Position numbers and translations under genes: made by a program. The notes under the pieces were generated by a model, which saw only the letters and a list, made by a program, of their open reading frames with translations, did no database searches and was not told the DNA's origin. 64,000 bases of DNA, from positions 64,001-128,000 of the IMG/VR virus record IMGVR_UViG_3300028887_000075. One strand, given 5' to 3'. The stretch is from a virus (lineage: Duplodnaviria > Caudoviricetes). Shown here piece after piece: positions 18,514 through 28,355 of this stretch (positions are counted from its first letter, which is position 1; each line of letters begins with the position of its first letter).

Positions 18514-18882
18514 ATGGAAAGGATAATGCCGGGAATCTTCAGGGTGCTCTACGTGTCGATATTCCTCATGTTCGTGAGGCGCATCATCGACAAGACCAGG
18601 ATTATGTTCGACGAGGACATCCCGGTGCACCACGAGGACGAGGAGGGGTGGTTCTGCGTCCGCCTCTACAAGAAGTACATCATCTACGACGACATGAACC
18701 AGCGCACTGCGACGGCACTGGCCCGCTACATCATACACAAGGTTCCCCACCTGTCTGGACACGTGGACATACTGGAACTGTGCGAGGCCGAATGCACATA
18801 CCTTGCCGACATCGACAAGCTTACCAGGTCGGACGCCCAGCTCATCCGGGACGCATACGACGAGTGCCCGGAATACGACTAG
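18514..18882 (+). CDS. Hypothetical protein
   Basis: AAGGAG RBS; GGTATAGTTTCCT motif upstream. Confidence 0.65.
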   Translation: MERIMPGIFRVLYVSIFLMFVRRIIDKTRIMFDEDIPVHHEDEEGWFCVRLYKKYIIYDDMNQRTATALARYIIHKVPHLSGHVDILELCEAECTYLADIDKLTRSDAQLIRDAYDECPEYD

Positions 18883-18900
18883 AATCTTTAAGCATAGTGG

Positions 18901-18926
18901 AAGGGGGGGCGGTTGCCTCCCCTTTC
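18901..18926. terminator. Hairpin between convergent genes
   Basis: GGGGGGGC-ggtt-GCCTCCCC followed by TTTC. Confidence 0.55.
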
Positions 18927-18933
18927 TTGTTTC

Positions 18934-19392
18934 CTATATTTTGAGCTTTCCCTGCATGATTTCCATCATGGCCTGGCTGCAGGCCTTCTGGTATATCCTG
19001 TCCGGGTTTGCCGAGGAGTCCTGCGAAGTCATCTGTGTGAGCAGCTCGGTCACCCTGTCCTGGTAGGCCTGGCTGTTGGTGAGGTTCTTCAGGTCTGCCT
19101 TGGTAACCGTAGTCGAGCCGGACTTGGTGTTTTTCACGGTCTTCTTGATTGTGGCCGAGGGTGCTGCCTTGGTCTTCTGGTAGGTGCTGGCCTTCTTCGG
19201 GGCGGCCTCGGCGTGGCTGAGCAGGCCCATGGCCATGGCGGCGATGATGGTTCCCTTGGCGAGCTTGCGGCCGAAGTCGGCCAGGATTCCTTCCATTAGG
19301 GCATTTTTGGATATCTCCCGGTAGCCTTCCAGTAGGCAACCGGCAAGTTCCGGGGGGATACCGGCAGATTCGAGTAGGTTTTCAATTTCCAT
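18934..19392 (-). CDS. Hypothetical protein, candidate late/virion-internal
   Basis: ATAAACT 6 nt upstream (19399-19405); N-terminal PELAGCLLEGYREI...LMEG motif followed by a hydrophobic helix. Confidence 0.7.
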   Translation of the reverse strand: MEIENLLESAGIPPELAGCLLEGYREISKNALMEGILADFGRKLAKGTIIAAMAMGLLSHAEAAPKKASTYQKTKAAPSATIKKTVKNTKSGSTTVTKADLKNLTNSQAYQDRVTELLTQMTSQDSSANPDRIYQKACSQAMMEIMQGKLKI

Positions 19393-19411
19393 GCCTGCAG
19401 TTTATCGGTTT

Positions 19412-19423
19412 TTGCTATATTTG
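19412..19423 (+). promoter_or_regulatory. TTGCTATATTTG promoter motif, 4 nt upstream of ATG 19428
   Basis: Exact motif + GGGC + ATG. Confidence 0.75.
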
Positions 19424-19427
19424 GGGC

Positions 19428-19781
19428 ATGCCTTTCCGTTCAGAGAAGATAAGATTGCCGGAGAACCTGGACCGCCGGGTAAAGCTCACCGCGGCCCAGA
19501 AAGCCGAAATCCGCCACCGCTACCTTGCCGGCGGATGTACACTGCGTTCCCTCGCGGCAGAATACGGCGTATCGCACAAGACAGTGCTGCTGATTGTGAA
19601 TCCGGAGTCGAAGGCGGTAAACGACAGGCGGATAAAGGAACACTGGAAGGACTACCAGGAGTCCCGGGAGAAGCATGCGGCGACTGTCCGGGAGCACCGG
19701 AGGTACAAGCAGGATTTGCTCAACAGAGGCGAAATTTCAATAAACTCAGCAGAAAGCGGAGGTAACAATGACGCGAACTAA
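19428..19781 (+). CDS. Helix-turn-helix DNA-binding protein
   Basis: KLTAAQKAEIR.RY..G..TLRSLAAEYGVSHKTV. Confidence 0.75.
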   Translation: MPFRSEKIRLPENLDRRVKLTAAQKAEIRHRYLAGGCTLRSLAAEYGVSHKTVLLIVNPESKAVNDRRIKEHWKDYQESREKHAATVREHRRYKQDLLNRGEISINSAESGGNNDAN

Positions 19782-19936
19782 GGAAAGCGCCCGGCTCCGC
19801 GAGGAACGGATTGCCGGGACAGACAACGGCCTCACACTGAGAACCAGGGTCGTGAGGGACAGGAAGAAGTACACCAGGAAGATTAAGCACCGCAAGTCCA
19901 TCGCAGAAGCGATGGATTTCGCTTTATGCGGCAATT

Positions 19937-19948
19937 TTGCTATATTTG
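19937..19948 (+). promoter_or_regulatory. TTGCTATATTTG promoter motif, 4 nt upstream of coaD ATG
   Basis: Exact motif + TGGC + ATG 19953. Confidence 0.75.
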
Positions 19949-19952
19949 TGGC

Positions 19953-20522
19953 ATGGCTAAGAAGAAAACACAAAAAATCGCTATCTATCCCGGCAGCTTC
20001 GACCCCATCCACCCGGGGCACATGGAAGTAATCTTCCAGGCTGCCAAGGTATTCGACAAGGTAATCGTCCTAGTCGCGGACAATCCGGATAAGGACTACA
20101 AGGTTTCCGCAGAAGACCGGGTCAGTCTAATCAAGGAATTCATTAGGCTTTACCGGGACGAGTGTTCCAATGTCACTGTAGACCGTACTTATGACACCCT
20201 GTACGGATACTGCCAGGATAAATCCAAGTATGACCCGGATAACGCAGTCGGGTTCATCGTGCGCGGGATAAGGAACGGAGCTGACCTCGAGTTCGAGCAG
20301 TCGCAAAAGTATTTCGTATCCGTCATGGGCGATGCCTGTCTTTCGCTTACCTATGCATACTTCACTACCAGGCCGGTCATGTCGGTGTTGTCTTCCAGTG
20401 CGCTCCGCCAGGTCATCCAGTTGGCAACCAATGAAGAATTCTGCATGGCATACTGGCCAGACATTCCGGTGGAATCTGAAATGTCGTCCCGTATTTACAA
20501 CATGTACAAGGGGAAATGCTGA
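19953..20522 (+). CDS. coaD: Phosphopantetheine adenylyltransferase
   Basis: IAIYPGSFDPIHPGH, IVRGIR...DLEFE, LSSS.LR. Confidence 0.88.
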   Translation: MAKKKTQKIAIYPGSFDPIHPGHMEVIFQAAKVFDKVIVLVADNPDKDYKVSAEDRVSLIKEFIRLYRDECSNVTVDRTYDTLYGYCQDKSKYDPDNAVGFIVRGIRNGADLEFEQSQKYFVSVMGDACLSLTYAYFTTRPVMSVLSSSALRQVIQLATNEEFCMAYWPDIPVESEMSSRIYNMYKGKC

Positions 20523-21334
20523 TGGCCAGATTCATCCTCCTCACCGGAATTATCGGTTCCGGGAAATCATATGTCGCCAACATGCTGCGGGCCAAGCGCT
20601 ATACGGTAGTCGACTCCGATTCGTGGGCAAAGCATCAGTATGAGGACTCCGAAACGTTCAAGATGGTAGTCGAACGTCTTGGACCGATGTGCCTCGATGA
20701 CCATGGGAAGATTGACCTCGGCTACATCAAGCGGTACATCCTCCGGCATGACCCGGACGACCGTGACCTGTTTACCTGGGGACTGGCCACAAGGGTAGCC
20801 GACGGCATATTGACCATGTTCGGCGGCCTGAAGGAAATCGTGTTCGTCGAGGCTGCCCCGACCGCCCAGGTAGGCCACATGTGCAACTACCTCGGCATAG
20901 ACACGGCAATCGTGGTAAAGCGCAATCACACCATCCGCCGGCAGTTCCTGATGGATACCCGGGCGATGTCCGGCGGAGATATCGACGCATTCGAAAATCT
21001 CCAGGACCTGAGCTATATCCACCGGACATACGACAGAAATCGCCGGGATGTCAAGAAGGTGATACTAGACAACGACCTTGCTCCGGAAGCTTTAAACGGG
21101 CAGCTTATGGACATCATCGAGAAGGATATCCAGCCTACCCCGGAAGAGAAGTTCGCACTATACGAGAGGTACCTCCGGGAGTCTCCCGACTACTGCAAGC
21201 AGAACGCCATGTGCTACTCGTTCTACAACCTGGGCGGTTGCAACAACTGCCCGTTCCCCTGCTCGCAGCAGGACCGGAACTTCGAAAGGGCGAACCGGGA
21301 ATTCATGAAGGAAAAGAAGGGAACCAATGATTAA
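20516..21334 (+). CDS. coaE: Dephospho-CoA kinase with Cys-rich C-terminal extension
   Basis: LLTGIIGSGKS.VA..L...VVDSD, G.ID; overlaps coaD; tail YC...MC...GCNNCPFPC. Confidence 0.75.
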   Translation: MLMARFILLTGIIGSGKSYVANMLRAKRYTVVDSDSWAKHQYEDSETFKMVVERLGPMCLDDHGKIDLGYIKRYILRHDPDDRDLFTWGLATRVADGILTMFGGLKEIVFVEAAPTAQVGHMCNYLGIDTAIVVKRNHTIRRQFLMDTRAMSGGDIDAFENLQDLSYIHRTYDRNRRDVKKVILDNDLAPEALNGQLMDIIEKDIQPTPEEKFALYERYLRESPDYCKQNAMCYSFYNLGGCNNCPFPCSQQDRNFERANREFMKEKKGTND

Positions 21335-21530
21335 GAAAATCCAGATAGAGTTCGACGGTCCGGACAAGGACGGACTGAGCGAAATGCAGGAACAGGAACT
21401 CAACGTGGTTCTCGACAGGGCGATTGATGGCATGCTCGATTATGCAAGCGTGAAGAAGGTCACCGTTGACGGGAACGTATACTACCTTAGGAGCAATAAT
21501 GGAACAGCAGAAACAGCCGAAACGGATTAA
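21327..21530 (+). CDS. Hypothetical protein
   Basis: Coupled ORF. Confidence 0.55.
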   Translation: MIKKIQIEFDGPDKDGLSEMQEQELNVVLDRAIDGMLDYASVKKVTVDGNVYYLRSNNGTAETAETD

Positions 21531-22278
21531 GGTGTCGCTGAAGCGCAAGAAGCCTGCTGGCAAGCCCCCGGTGGCTCCCGAGGAATCCCCGAAGACTAAG
21601 CCGCTGGGCAGGAAGTCTGCTCCGCGCAAGAAGCCCAACATATTCCAGCAGATGCAGCAGGATGCCATCGAGCAGCTCAACAAGCTTGACTCCGTATTTA
21701 AGCAGAAGCCTACATGCCAGCTCCAGGAGGTTTCCCCGGTCCTTACAGATATGCTCCAGAAGCTGTCCGGGTGGACCCCGCAGTCCAACGAGGGTGTCCT
21801 GGAGGTGGCCAACAGGCTGGCCCAGGCGGCCAAGGAGGAAATCGACAAGGGCATCGAGAAGAAGGCCAAGGTCGATACTGTTGAATACGCAAAGGGACTG
21901 CTGTTCCATACCCTTACCTACTGGAACGGTGTCTCCAGCGAGCATTCCCTGATAACCGGCGTTGAGTACAGCAAGGGAAACTCCACAGTATCGTTCCGCA
22001 TGGTCCGCGTGTTCAACTACAACAGGATAGGCACACCGGCCATGCTCTACTCGTCGCCGACATACTCCGTGACGGACATCCATCCGCCCATGACTAAGCA
22101 GCGACAGGACGAGGTGTGCATCCAGGGGAAGTACTACCACATAGACATGCCAAAGGCAATGGACGCCATCATGACCGAGGTCATCAGGTACCAGGAGCAG
22201 TTCAAGTGGCTTATCGACAACGCAAAAGTAGGGAGATTGAAGAAACTATGGGACAGAAGCAAAAAGTCGACCCGATAG
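21499..22278 (+). CDS. Hypothetical protein with basic N-terminus
   Basis: AGGAG RBS before ATG 21499. Confidence 0.65.
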   Translation: MEQQKQPKRIKVSLKRKKPAGKPPVAPEESPKTKPLGRKSAPRKKPNIFQQMQQDAIEQLNKLDSVFKQKPTCQLQEVSPVLTDMLQKLSGWTPQSNEGVLEVANRLAQAAKEEIDKGIEKKAKVDTVEYAKGLLFHTLTYWNGVSSEHSLITGVEYSKGNSTVSFRMVRVFNYNRIGTPAMLYSSPTYSVTDIHPPMTKQRQDEVCIQGKYYHIDMPKAMDAIMTEVIRYQEQFKWLIDNAKVGRLKKLWDRSKKSTR

Positions 22279-22634
22279 GGATTAAGAACGTGAACTTCTC
22301 CGTGGAGGTTCCGGGAGCGCCCAAGAAGTTCCTTGCCAAGTGGAGGAGCCAGCGGCTCTCCCGGGGATTCGATGATACTGAACTTTACAACCTGGATACT
22401 ACCATAGCGAAGTTCCTCGTGCCTAGACTAAGGGCGCTCCGGGAAAGCACCTGTTCCTATCCGAGCGGGCTTACGATGAGGAAATGGAAGACCTACCTGA
22501 GGAAGATGGAACTCGCGTTCGAGCTGTACGCGGACAAGTTCAACTGGTCCTCCCGGAAGGAACGCGGGAACGTCCGGAAGGTGGACGAGGGGCTCGGCCT
22601 GTTCCGGGCGTATTTCAGCGACTTATGGTGGTGA
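22248..22634 (+). CDS. Phage hypothetical protein
   Basis: RGFDDTELYNLD.TIA.F..PRL...W...L.KM..AF...GL.LF..YF.DLW pattern I recognise from phage proteins. Confidence 0.7.
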   Translation: MGQKQKVDPIGIKNVNFSVEVPGAPKKFLAKWRSQRLSRGFDDTELYNLDTTIAKFLVPRLRALRESTCSYPSGLTMRKWKTYLRKMELAFELYADKFNWSSRKERGNVRKVDEGLGLFRAYFSDLWW

Positions 22635-22635
22635 T

Positions 22636-22818
22636 ATGTTCATCCAGGAAACAATAAATCAATATGTCACAGTGGACATTATATGCGGCATTGTATTCGT
22701 CCTCGGAATAGCAATAGTCCTACTATATTATTGGCTAGACTACAAGCTGTTCTGCCGTAGGCTTGAAAAATCCTACCGGAAGGAACAGGAAAGGAAAGCG
22801 AAGAATCCATTAGAATAA
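22636..22818 (+). CDS. Small membrane protein
   Basis: Single TM segment and basic tail. Confidence 0.55.
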   Translation: MFIQETINQYVTVDIICGIVFVLGIAIVLLYYWLDYKLFCRRLEKSYRKEQERKAKNPLE

Positions 22819-22978
22819 GGTTGGAATGCTAAAATGAAAGGTCGCACATGCACTCCGTGTGGAATACTCTATACACCGTATAAGAAGCCGACTATCTTTG
22901 AACGCATACGGTTGAAACTCATGCGTATGTTTGGGAAACCAAAGAAGTTGAAACGCAAATGGGACGCTCTTCCATAAG

Positions 22979-23004
22979 AAAGGGCGGCATCTAGCCGCCC
23001 CTTT
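22979..23004. terminator. Terminator downstream of the cadherin gene
   Basis: GGGCGGC-atcta-GCCGCCC stem flanked by A/T runs. Confidence 0.65.
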
Positions 23005-23009
23005 CAGTA

Positions 23010-26000
23010 CTATTTCTTCGGACGCTTGTAACCGAATATCTTGGTCGTGCTCTCCTTCTTCACCGTCTTCTCGCCCTTGCGTTGTTCCTTGTAGTCGCAA
23101 CGGTGCTTGGCGATGGACTTGCTGTAGAGCGTGGTGATGTAGGAAGAGGTGCCGAGCTGGTGCCCGTTGAACGCGTTGACCGAGCCGTTCTTGTCGGCCA
23201 GCCAGTCGATGACCATCTGCACGGTGCCCGCCTCGCTGGCCACGGCTTCGTCGTTCAGGGTGTATTCGACCACGAAGTCGTTGACATACCCGGCCGTAGT
23301 CGTCCATACCCAGAGATGGAGGTGGTACTTGATGTCGTACAGCGGGATATTGAGCCCGTGCTTCGCATAGTCCTCCTGGAACTCGGTAGTGCAGTGCTCC
23401 TCGACATACTTGTCTACCGGTATTCCCTTGGTGGACGCGCCGACTATGTTGCCCTTGTCGTCCACCGGTATCTGCCCGTTCTTGACCAGGTCGTTTAGCG
23501 AGGCAAGCCCCCCGGTAGGAGACACGGTGGGCAGGGCGATATCCACGATGAACCCTATGCCTATCACGGAAGGAACCGAGTCGGACTTCGGGTCGACCAC
23601 CTTTACCTTGTATGGCTTGTCCTCGTTGTACTTGTGTCCTTCGGAGTAGTAGGCATCAACCTTGCCCTGGTCCACCTCGGTGACCGGGTGGATGATGCGA
23701 ACGTCGATGTCCTTGGCCTCCTTCATTATTACGACCACCGTGGCGACAGCCTCGTTACCTGCCTTGTCCACGTAGCGGCGGGTGATTGCGTTGGTTCCCT
23801 TCTCCAGCCTCTGCAGTGTCAGGGTATCCTGGACCTCGCCGTTGACCGTCCACTTGACCTCGACCGCGTTAGTGTTGAAGATGTCGTTCTTGACCGGGGA
23901 GAGTATTTCGACGACCGGCGGGATGTCGTCATATACGATGTCGACGCTGGCGAAAGCCTTGTTTCCGAAGTCGTCCACGTACTCGTAGCCGATGGTATAG
24001 CCGATGTTGCCCTCGTCGTTCTTGACGATATGCTTCTTATCGTCCATGAAGTAGGACACGCTGGTGCAGGAGTCGAGCATGTAGGAAACAGTGAAGTCGC
24101 CCTTGCGGTTACCGGTACTCGGGTCTACCATGTAGGAGACCACGGCATCCTTGCCGTCCACCTTGGTAGTGTAGGATACGGTCTGGAACTTCCCAACGGG
24201 TTCCTTCGTCTCTGCATCGACCACCTGCTTGATGGATACCTTCACTCCGTCGCTGATAACGACCTGCTCAAGTTCAACCAGTCCGTTGCCGATGGGGGTA
24301 GCCTCCGCGGCGAACTCGTCGAGCACGTATCCGTAGTCCTCGAGATGCACCTTCTTGGACGGGAGTGTATCGAGATTGACCTCGATTTCGAACTTCTGCT
24401 CGGTCTTCCGTACAGTGTCCTTGACGGTGACGGTAATCGGGTTGTCCTTCTTGTTGACGTAAATCTTGTCGTCCTTCTGCTCCTCGATGGTGATGTAGTC
24501 GATGCTGGCAGTAGTTGACGTGGCGTTAGTCAGTGTGACAACCGGCGGGGCGTCGTTGAAGAGGATTACCACCTGGTCGCAGGAGGTCCTCTTCTCGTTG
24601 CAGACGGTAATAGTGGTGTCCCTGTGTACCTTCACTCCGAGACTGTCGAACTTGCAGACTCCGCCCTCGCATACCTCCCAGTCAATCTTGTGGTCCGGGT
24701 CGTTGGTCTTGATGGTATCCTGCTTCGGCTTGTCGTCCACTTCGGTAATCGTGGTCTTCTCAGGAACATCCATCACGCGGATGATGACCTGGGCGGTATC
24801 CGAGAAGGTTCCGTCGGTAACGATGACTGTCACGGTATCTACCGGTGTCTCCTCGAAGTCAATCGGGTTCTTGATTACGAGCTTCCCGGTGGAGTCAATG
24901 GAGTAGTTCGTGGTGTCATCGACACTGTAGACTGGCTTCGTTCCGTCATCGTCCTTTGCCGGTATGGTGCATACCTCGCCTGTGTAGTTCTCCCGGACTG
25001 AACAGGTGGTGTCGTTGACATGCACCGGTTCGTTCACGTTCTCTACCTTGATTGTGTAGTCGAGGGAGTCCCTGGCGCCGGACGGGTCAGTGACGGTCAC
25101 CTTTACGGTAATCTCCTTCTCGGCCTCGTAGTCCACCGGTTCCTTCGAGGCAATCTTCCCGGTGGAGTCTATGTCGAACCTGGGGTCGTCAATGGTGTAG
25201 GTCAGGGTGTCCCCGTCCCCGTCAGTTGCGATGACCTGGCCGACCGTGCATCCAGTGCAGTTCTCCGGGACTGCCAGGGAATCGTTCGGCTGGAGCACCG
25301 GCGTCTCGTTCACGTTCTCCACATTGATGACCACCTTCGCAGTATCGGTGAAGGTGCCGTCGGTTACGAACACAAGGACGGTATCCTCCTTAGTGGTCTC
25401 GTAGTCGAACGGAGTCTTGACAGTGATGGTGCCGGTAGAGTCGATGGAATACTTACTTGTATCGGGCACGGAGAATTCCGGGGTGGTCCCGTCCTCGTCA
25501 GTGGCGGTCACCTTGCCGATAGGACCGGTGTAGTCTTCCGGAACACTCAAGGTAGTGTCCTTGGCATGGACTGGCTCGTTGACGTCGGTAACCTTGACCA
25601 CGTAGTCTAGGGTATCTGCACCGCCATACGGGTCCTTCACGACTACCTTCACCGAGGTTTCCTTGGTGGTCTCGTAGTCGTACGGGTCGGTAACGGTGAC
25701 CTTCCCAGTAGAGTCGATGGAGAATCCGGGAGTGAGCACCTCGTATGTCAGCCTGTCATTGTCGTCATCGGTAGCGGTGACCTTTCCTGCGGAGCATCCC
25801 CCGCAGTTTTCCGGGACGGACAGGGTGTCCGGGACAAGGTCCGGGTCAACATTGAGGTTATTTACCGAGATAATGACCCGGGCAGTATCCTTGAACTCTC
25901 CGTCGGTGACGAACACCAGGACGGTATCGGCCTTGGTCTCCTCGTAGTCGAACGGCGTCTTCAGGGAGAGCAACCCGTAGGAACTGACGGTGTACCGGGA

Positions 26001-28355
26001 GGTGTCGGAAACCGAGTAGGCCGGGTTGGTGCCGTCCTCATCGGAAGCCTTGACCTGGCCAACAGTACCGATACGGCCCTCGTCCACGGTAAATGTTGTA
26101 TCCCTGACATGCACCGGCTCGTTCACGTTGTCCACGATTACTGTAATAGTGGCAGTGGAGGTCAGCGTACCGTCGGATACCTTGACCGTGACCGTGTAGC
26201 GGTTGGTGGTCTCGAAATCGAACGGGACGGTGTTGAACAGGGTACCGTCGGTGCCGTTTGTGAACTTGCTGTCGGTAACCGTATAGGTGATTGTCTTGCC
26301 TTCCGGGTCTACAGCAACGAACTTGCCGATGGTTCCGGTGAAGTTCTCGTTGACATGGAAGGTGGTATCCTTGACGGACGGGCTCTCGTTCACGTCGGTA
26401 AGCACGAACTTGACCGTGGCGGTATCGGCAAGGCCCGGGTTGGTCTTGTCGTAGACCCTGACAGTGAGCTCGATTTCCTTCGGGTCGGTCTCGAAGTCGA
26501 ACACCTTGGTCGTGTACACCGAACCGTCCGGCTGCACAGTAATGCCTTCGGCGGGTACAATGACCTCCACGGCATTGTCCCGGTATGCGGCAAGAATATC
26601 CTCGTCAGCCCACGAAATGGTACCGATTTTTGCCGGTACCGGCAAGTTTTCGCTGAAATTCACCTCCGCAGTAGTAATAACCGGGGCCTCGTTGACGTCA
26701 ACGATTGCTACCGGGAGGTACCCGGTGACAGAGTATCCGGCCGTATCGGTCAGCGTAACCTTGATTGTATCTACCGGCTGGGTCTCATAATCTACCGGTG
26801 TCAGCAGGGTGAGCACCCCGGTAAGGCTGTCGAGCGAGTAGCGGCCCTCGAAGGCGGAGTCAAGGACGAACCTGGTAGAGTCGGTCCTGTTGACCACCTT
26901 GATGTCGAACGCGGTGCCGGTGTAGTTCTCCGGCTCGGAGTAGACCGCTGTCGTGTCGAATTCCGGCCTCAATGTCAGGTCGGCGTCGATAATCTTGATT
27001 TTGAGTTCGCCGTCGGTCTTGTTGTTCGGGAGCACGGCGCCGGACTCGATGCTGATTTTCAGCACCAGGTAGTCGTTCGGCTCGACGATTGTATCCTTCT
27101 TGACGTTGACCTTGATGGTGTCGGTCGGAACCTTCTTGCCCGTAGGAATCATGACTGTCTTGGAGGATTCTCCGCAAATTGGGAAGTCGGTGACCAGGTT
27201 GAAGTCGTCTGTCGTAACTCCGTCACGCAGGTCGAAACAGTAGCTGAAGTAGACATCTACTGTAGCGGTGTCGCTCAGCTTGATTGGAATGATGACTGTG
27301 GAGTCGTTCTCGCGGAGGCCGCCGTCCTTGTTCAATTCCGGGTCGATATCCAGCGTATCCGGGTCAAACGGGACGAACTTGAAGTTCTCGCCCTTGAAAT
27401 CGTCGCCGATGTAGAGCTGGTTGGCCAGGAGCTGCCCGGCGAAGTCCAGGTTGCACTTCAGCGAAATCTTCTCGGTACTGATGAAGGTTCCCTGGATGGG
27501 CACGTTGTCGGTATTGACGAAGGTGATGTTGTTGTCCGAGTAGAACATTACGTTTCCGCGGTACTGCTTCTGGGTCTGCACCACGTCGCCCTCGTCGGTA
27601 CGGTAGATGACGTTGATTGTCGTGTGGTTACCAATCTGCAGGTCGTGGACGAAAATACGGGTAAGGCGTCCCCCGTCCTGCATGCGGATGTAGAGCTTCG
27701 CCCCCTCCTTGCCGGAACCGTTCTCGGTCTCTCGGTTGAGGTGAATCCGGTCGAAGTACACGTCGTAGGTATCCGTGCCGTCCGGGACGTCGATATAGGC
27801 CGTCCCGTAGTTGTCATCTATCAGGATATCTGCTTGGTAACCATCGGCAGGCCATTCCATGGTAGGAATCGAGAGGTTCACCGGGGGTTCCGGGAGGTCC
27901 GGGCAGGTAGAAGTGAGCGTACCTCCGGCACGGTTTATACCGGTCTGCACCGGCTGTGATACCGAGGTGTTCGCCAGGCAGACAGTCCCGCCGAACATGT
28001 GGCCACCGTTGTCGTTACCGGCAGTCAGTGCCTGCGCCCTGATTGGGCCAGTGGTAAGCTGGCAGGCGTCGCCGAGGGAAATGGAGCCTCCTGCGAGGGT
28101 GGTACCGCCAAGCGAAATCTGCTCAGCGGAGGTGATGTCATTGGCACTGCCGTTCCAGCCGGACTTGTCCGGGATGATGACGCGGCGTCCCATCTGGATG
28201 TAGTCCCTTCCGAACAGCTTGTACTTGAGCATGTAGTCGAACTCGTCCTGCTGTGCTGCCGAGTCGTCGGCGACGTTCTCGAAGTGGAACGGACGGACAT
28301 CCGCGGAGAACACCGATGTCGCCAGGGCGAGCAGGTAAATGAGCCAGTAACGCAT
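23010..28355 (-). CDS. Large secreted cadherin-repeat (plus Calx-beta/Ig-like) surface protein
   Basis: Signal peptide MRYWLIYLLALATSVFSA; about 7 repeats with PENxxG, DxD, DYE/DFE, DVNE.P cadherin Ca-binding motifs; GGAG RBS. Confidence 0.85.
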   Translation of the reverse strand: MRYWLIYLLALATSVFSADVRPFHFENVADDSAAQQDEFDYMLKYKLFGRDYIQMGRRVIIPDKSGWNGSANDITSAEQISLGGTTLAGGSISLGDACQLTTGPIRAQALTAGNDNGGHMFGGTVCLANTSVSQPVQTGINRAGGTLTSTCPDLPEPPVNLSIPTMEWPADGYQADILIDDNYGTAYIDVPDGTDTYDVYFDRIHLNRETENGSGKEGAKLYIRMQDGGRLTRIFVHDLQIGNHTTINVIYRTDEGDVVQTQKQYRGNVMFYSDNNITFVNTDNVPIQGTFISTEKISLKCNLDFAGQLLANQLYIGDDFKGENFKFVPFDPDTLDIDPELNKDGGLRENDSTVIIPIKLSDTATVDVYFSYCFDLRDGVTTDDFNLVTDFPICGESSKTVMIPTGKKVPTDTIKVNVKKDTIVEPNDYLVLKISIESGAVLPNNKTDGELKIKIIDADLTLRPEFDTTAVYSEPENYTGTAFDIKVVNRTDSTRFVLDSAFEGRYSLDSLTGVLTLLTPVDYETQPVDTIKVTLTDTAGYSVTGYLPVAIVDVNEAPVITTAEVNFSENLPVPAKIGTISWADEDILAAYRDNAVEVIVPAEGITVQPDGSVYTTKVFDFETDPKEIELTVRVYDKTNPGLADTATVKFVLTDVNESPSVKDTTFHVNENFTGTIGKFVAVDPEGKTITYTVTDSKFTNGTDGTLFNTVPFDFETTNRYTVTVKVSDGTLTSTATITVIVDNVNEPVHVRDTTFTVDEGRIGTVGQVKASDEDGTNPAYSVSDTSRYTVSSYGLLSLKTPFDYEETKADTVLVFVTDGEFKDTARVIISVNNLNVDPDLVPDTLSVPENCGGCSAGKVTATDDDNDRLTYEVLTPGFSIDSTGKVTVTDPYDYETTKETSVKVVVKDPYGGADTLDYVVKVTDVNEPVHAKDTTLSVPEDYTGPIGKVTATDEDGTTPEFSVPDTSKYSIDSTGTITVKTPFDYETTKEDTVLVFVTDGTFTDTAKVVINVENVNETPVLQPNDSLAVPENCTGCTVGQVIATDGDGDTLTYTIDDPRFDIDSTGKIASKEPVDYEAEKEITVKVTVTDPSGARDSLDYTIKVENVNEPVHVNDTTCSVRENYTGEVCTIPAKDDDGTKPVYSVDDTTNYSIDSTGKLVIKNPIDFEETPVDTVTVIVTDGTFSDTAQVIIRVMDVPEKTTITEVDDKPKQDTIKTNDPDHKIDWEVCEGGVCKFDSLGVKVHRDTTITVCNEKRTSCDQVVILFNDAPPVVTLTNATSTTASIDYITIEEQKDDKIYVNKKDNPITVTVKDTVRKTEQKFEIEVNLDTLPSKKVHLEDYGYVLDEFAAEATPIGNGLVELEQVVISDGVKVSIKQVVDAETKEPVGKFQTVSYTTKVDGKDAVVSYMVDPSTGNRKGDFTVSYMLDSCTSVSYFMDDKKHIVKNDEGNIGYTIGYEYVDDFGNKAFASVDIVYDDIPPVVEILSPVKNDIFNTNAVEVKWTVNGEVQDTLTLQRLEKGTNAITRRYVDKAGNEAVATVVVIMKEAKDIDVRIIHPVTEVDQGKVDAYYSEGHKYNEDKPYKVKVVDPKSDSVPSVIGIGFIVDIALPTVSPTGGLASLNDLVKNGQIPVDDKGNIVGASTKGIPVDKYVEEHCTTEFQEDYAKHGLNIPLYDIKYHLHLWVWTTTAGYVNDFVVEYTLNDEAVASEAGTVQMVIDWLADKNGSVNAFNGHQLGTSSYITTLYSKSIAKHRCDYKEQRKGEKTVKKESTTKIFGYKRPKK

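Noticed and set aside
22819-22978. Possible tRNA or ncRNA in the AT-rich gap before the cadherin terminator
   Set aside because: No cloverleaf, T-loop or convincing stem seen by eye; tRNAscan-SE/Infernal would be needed to exclude it
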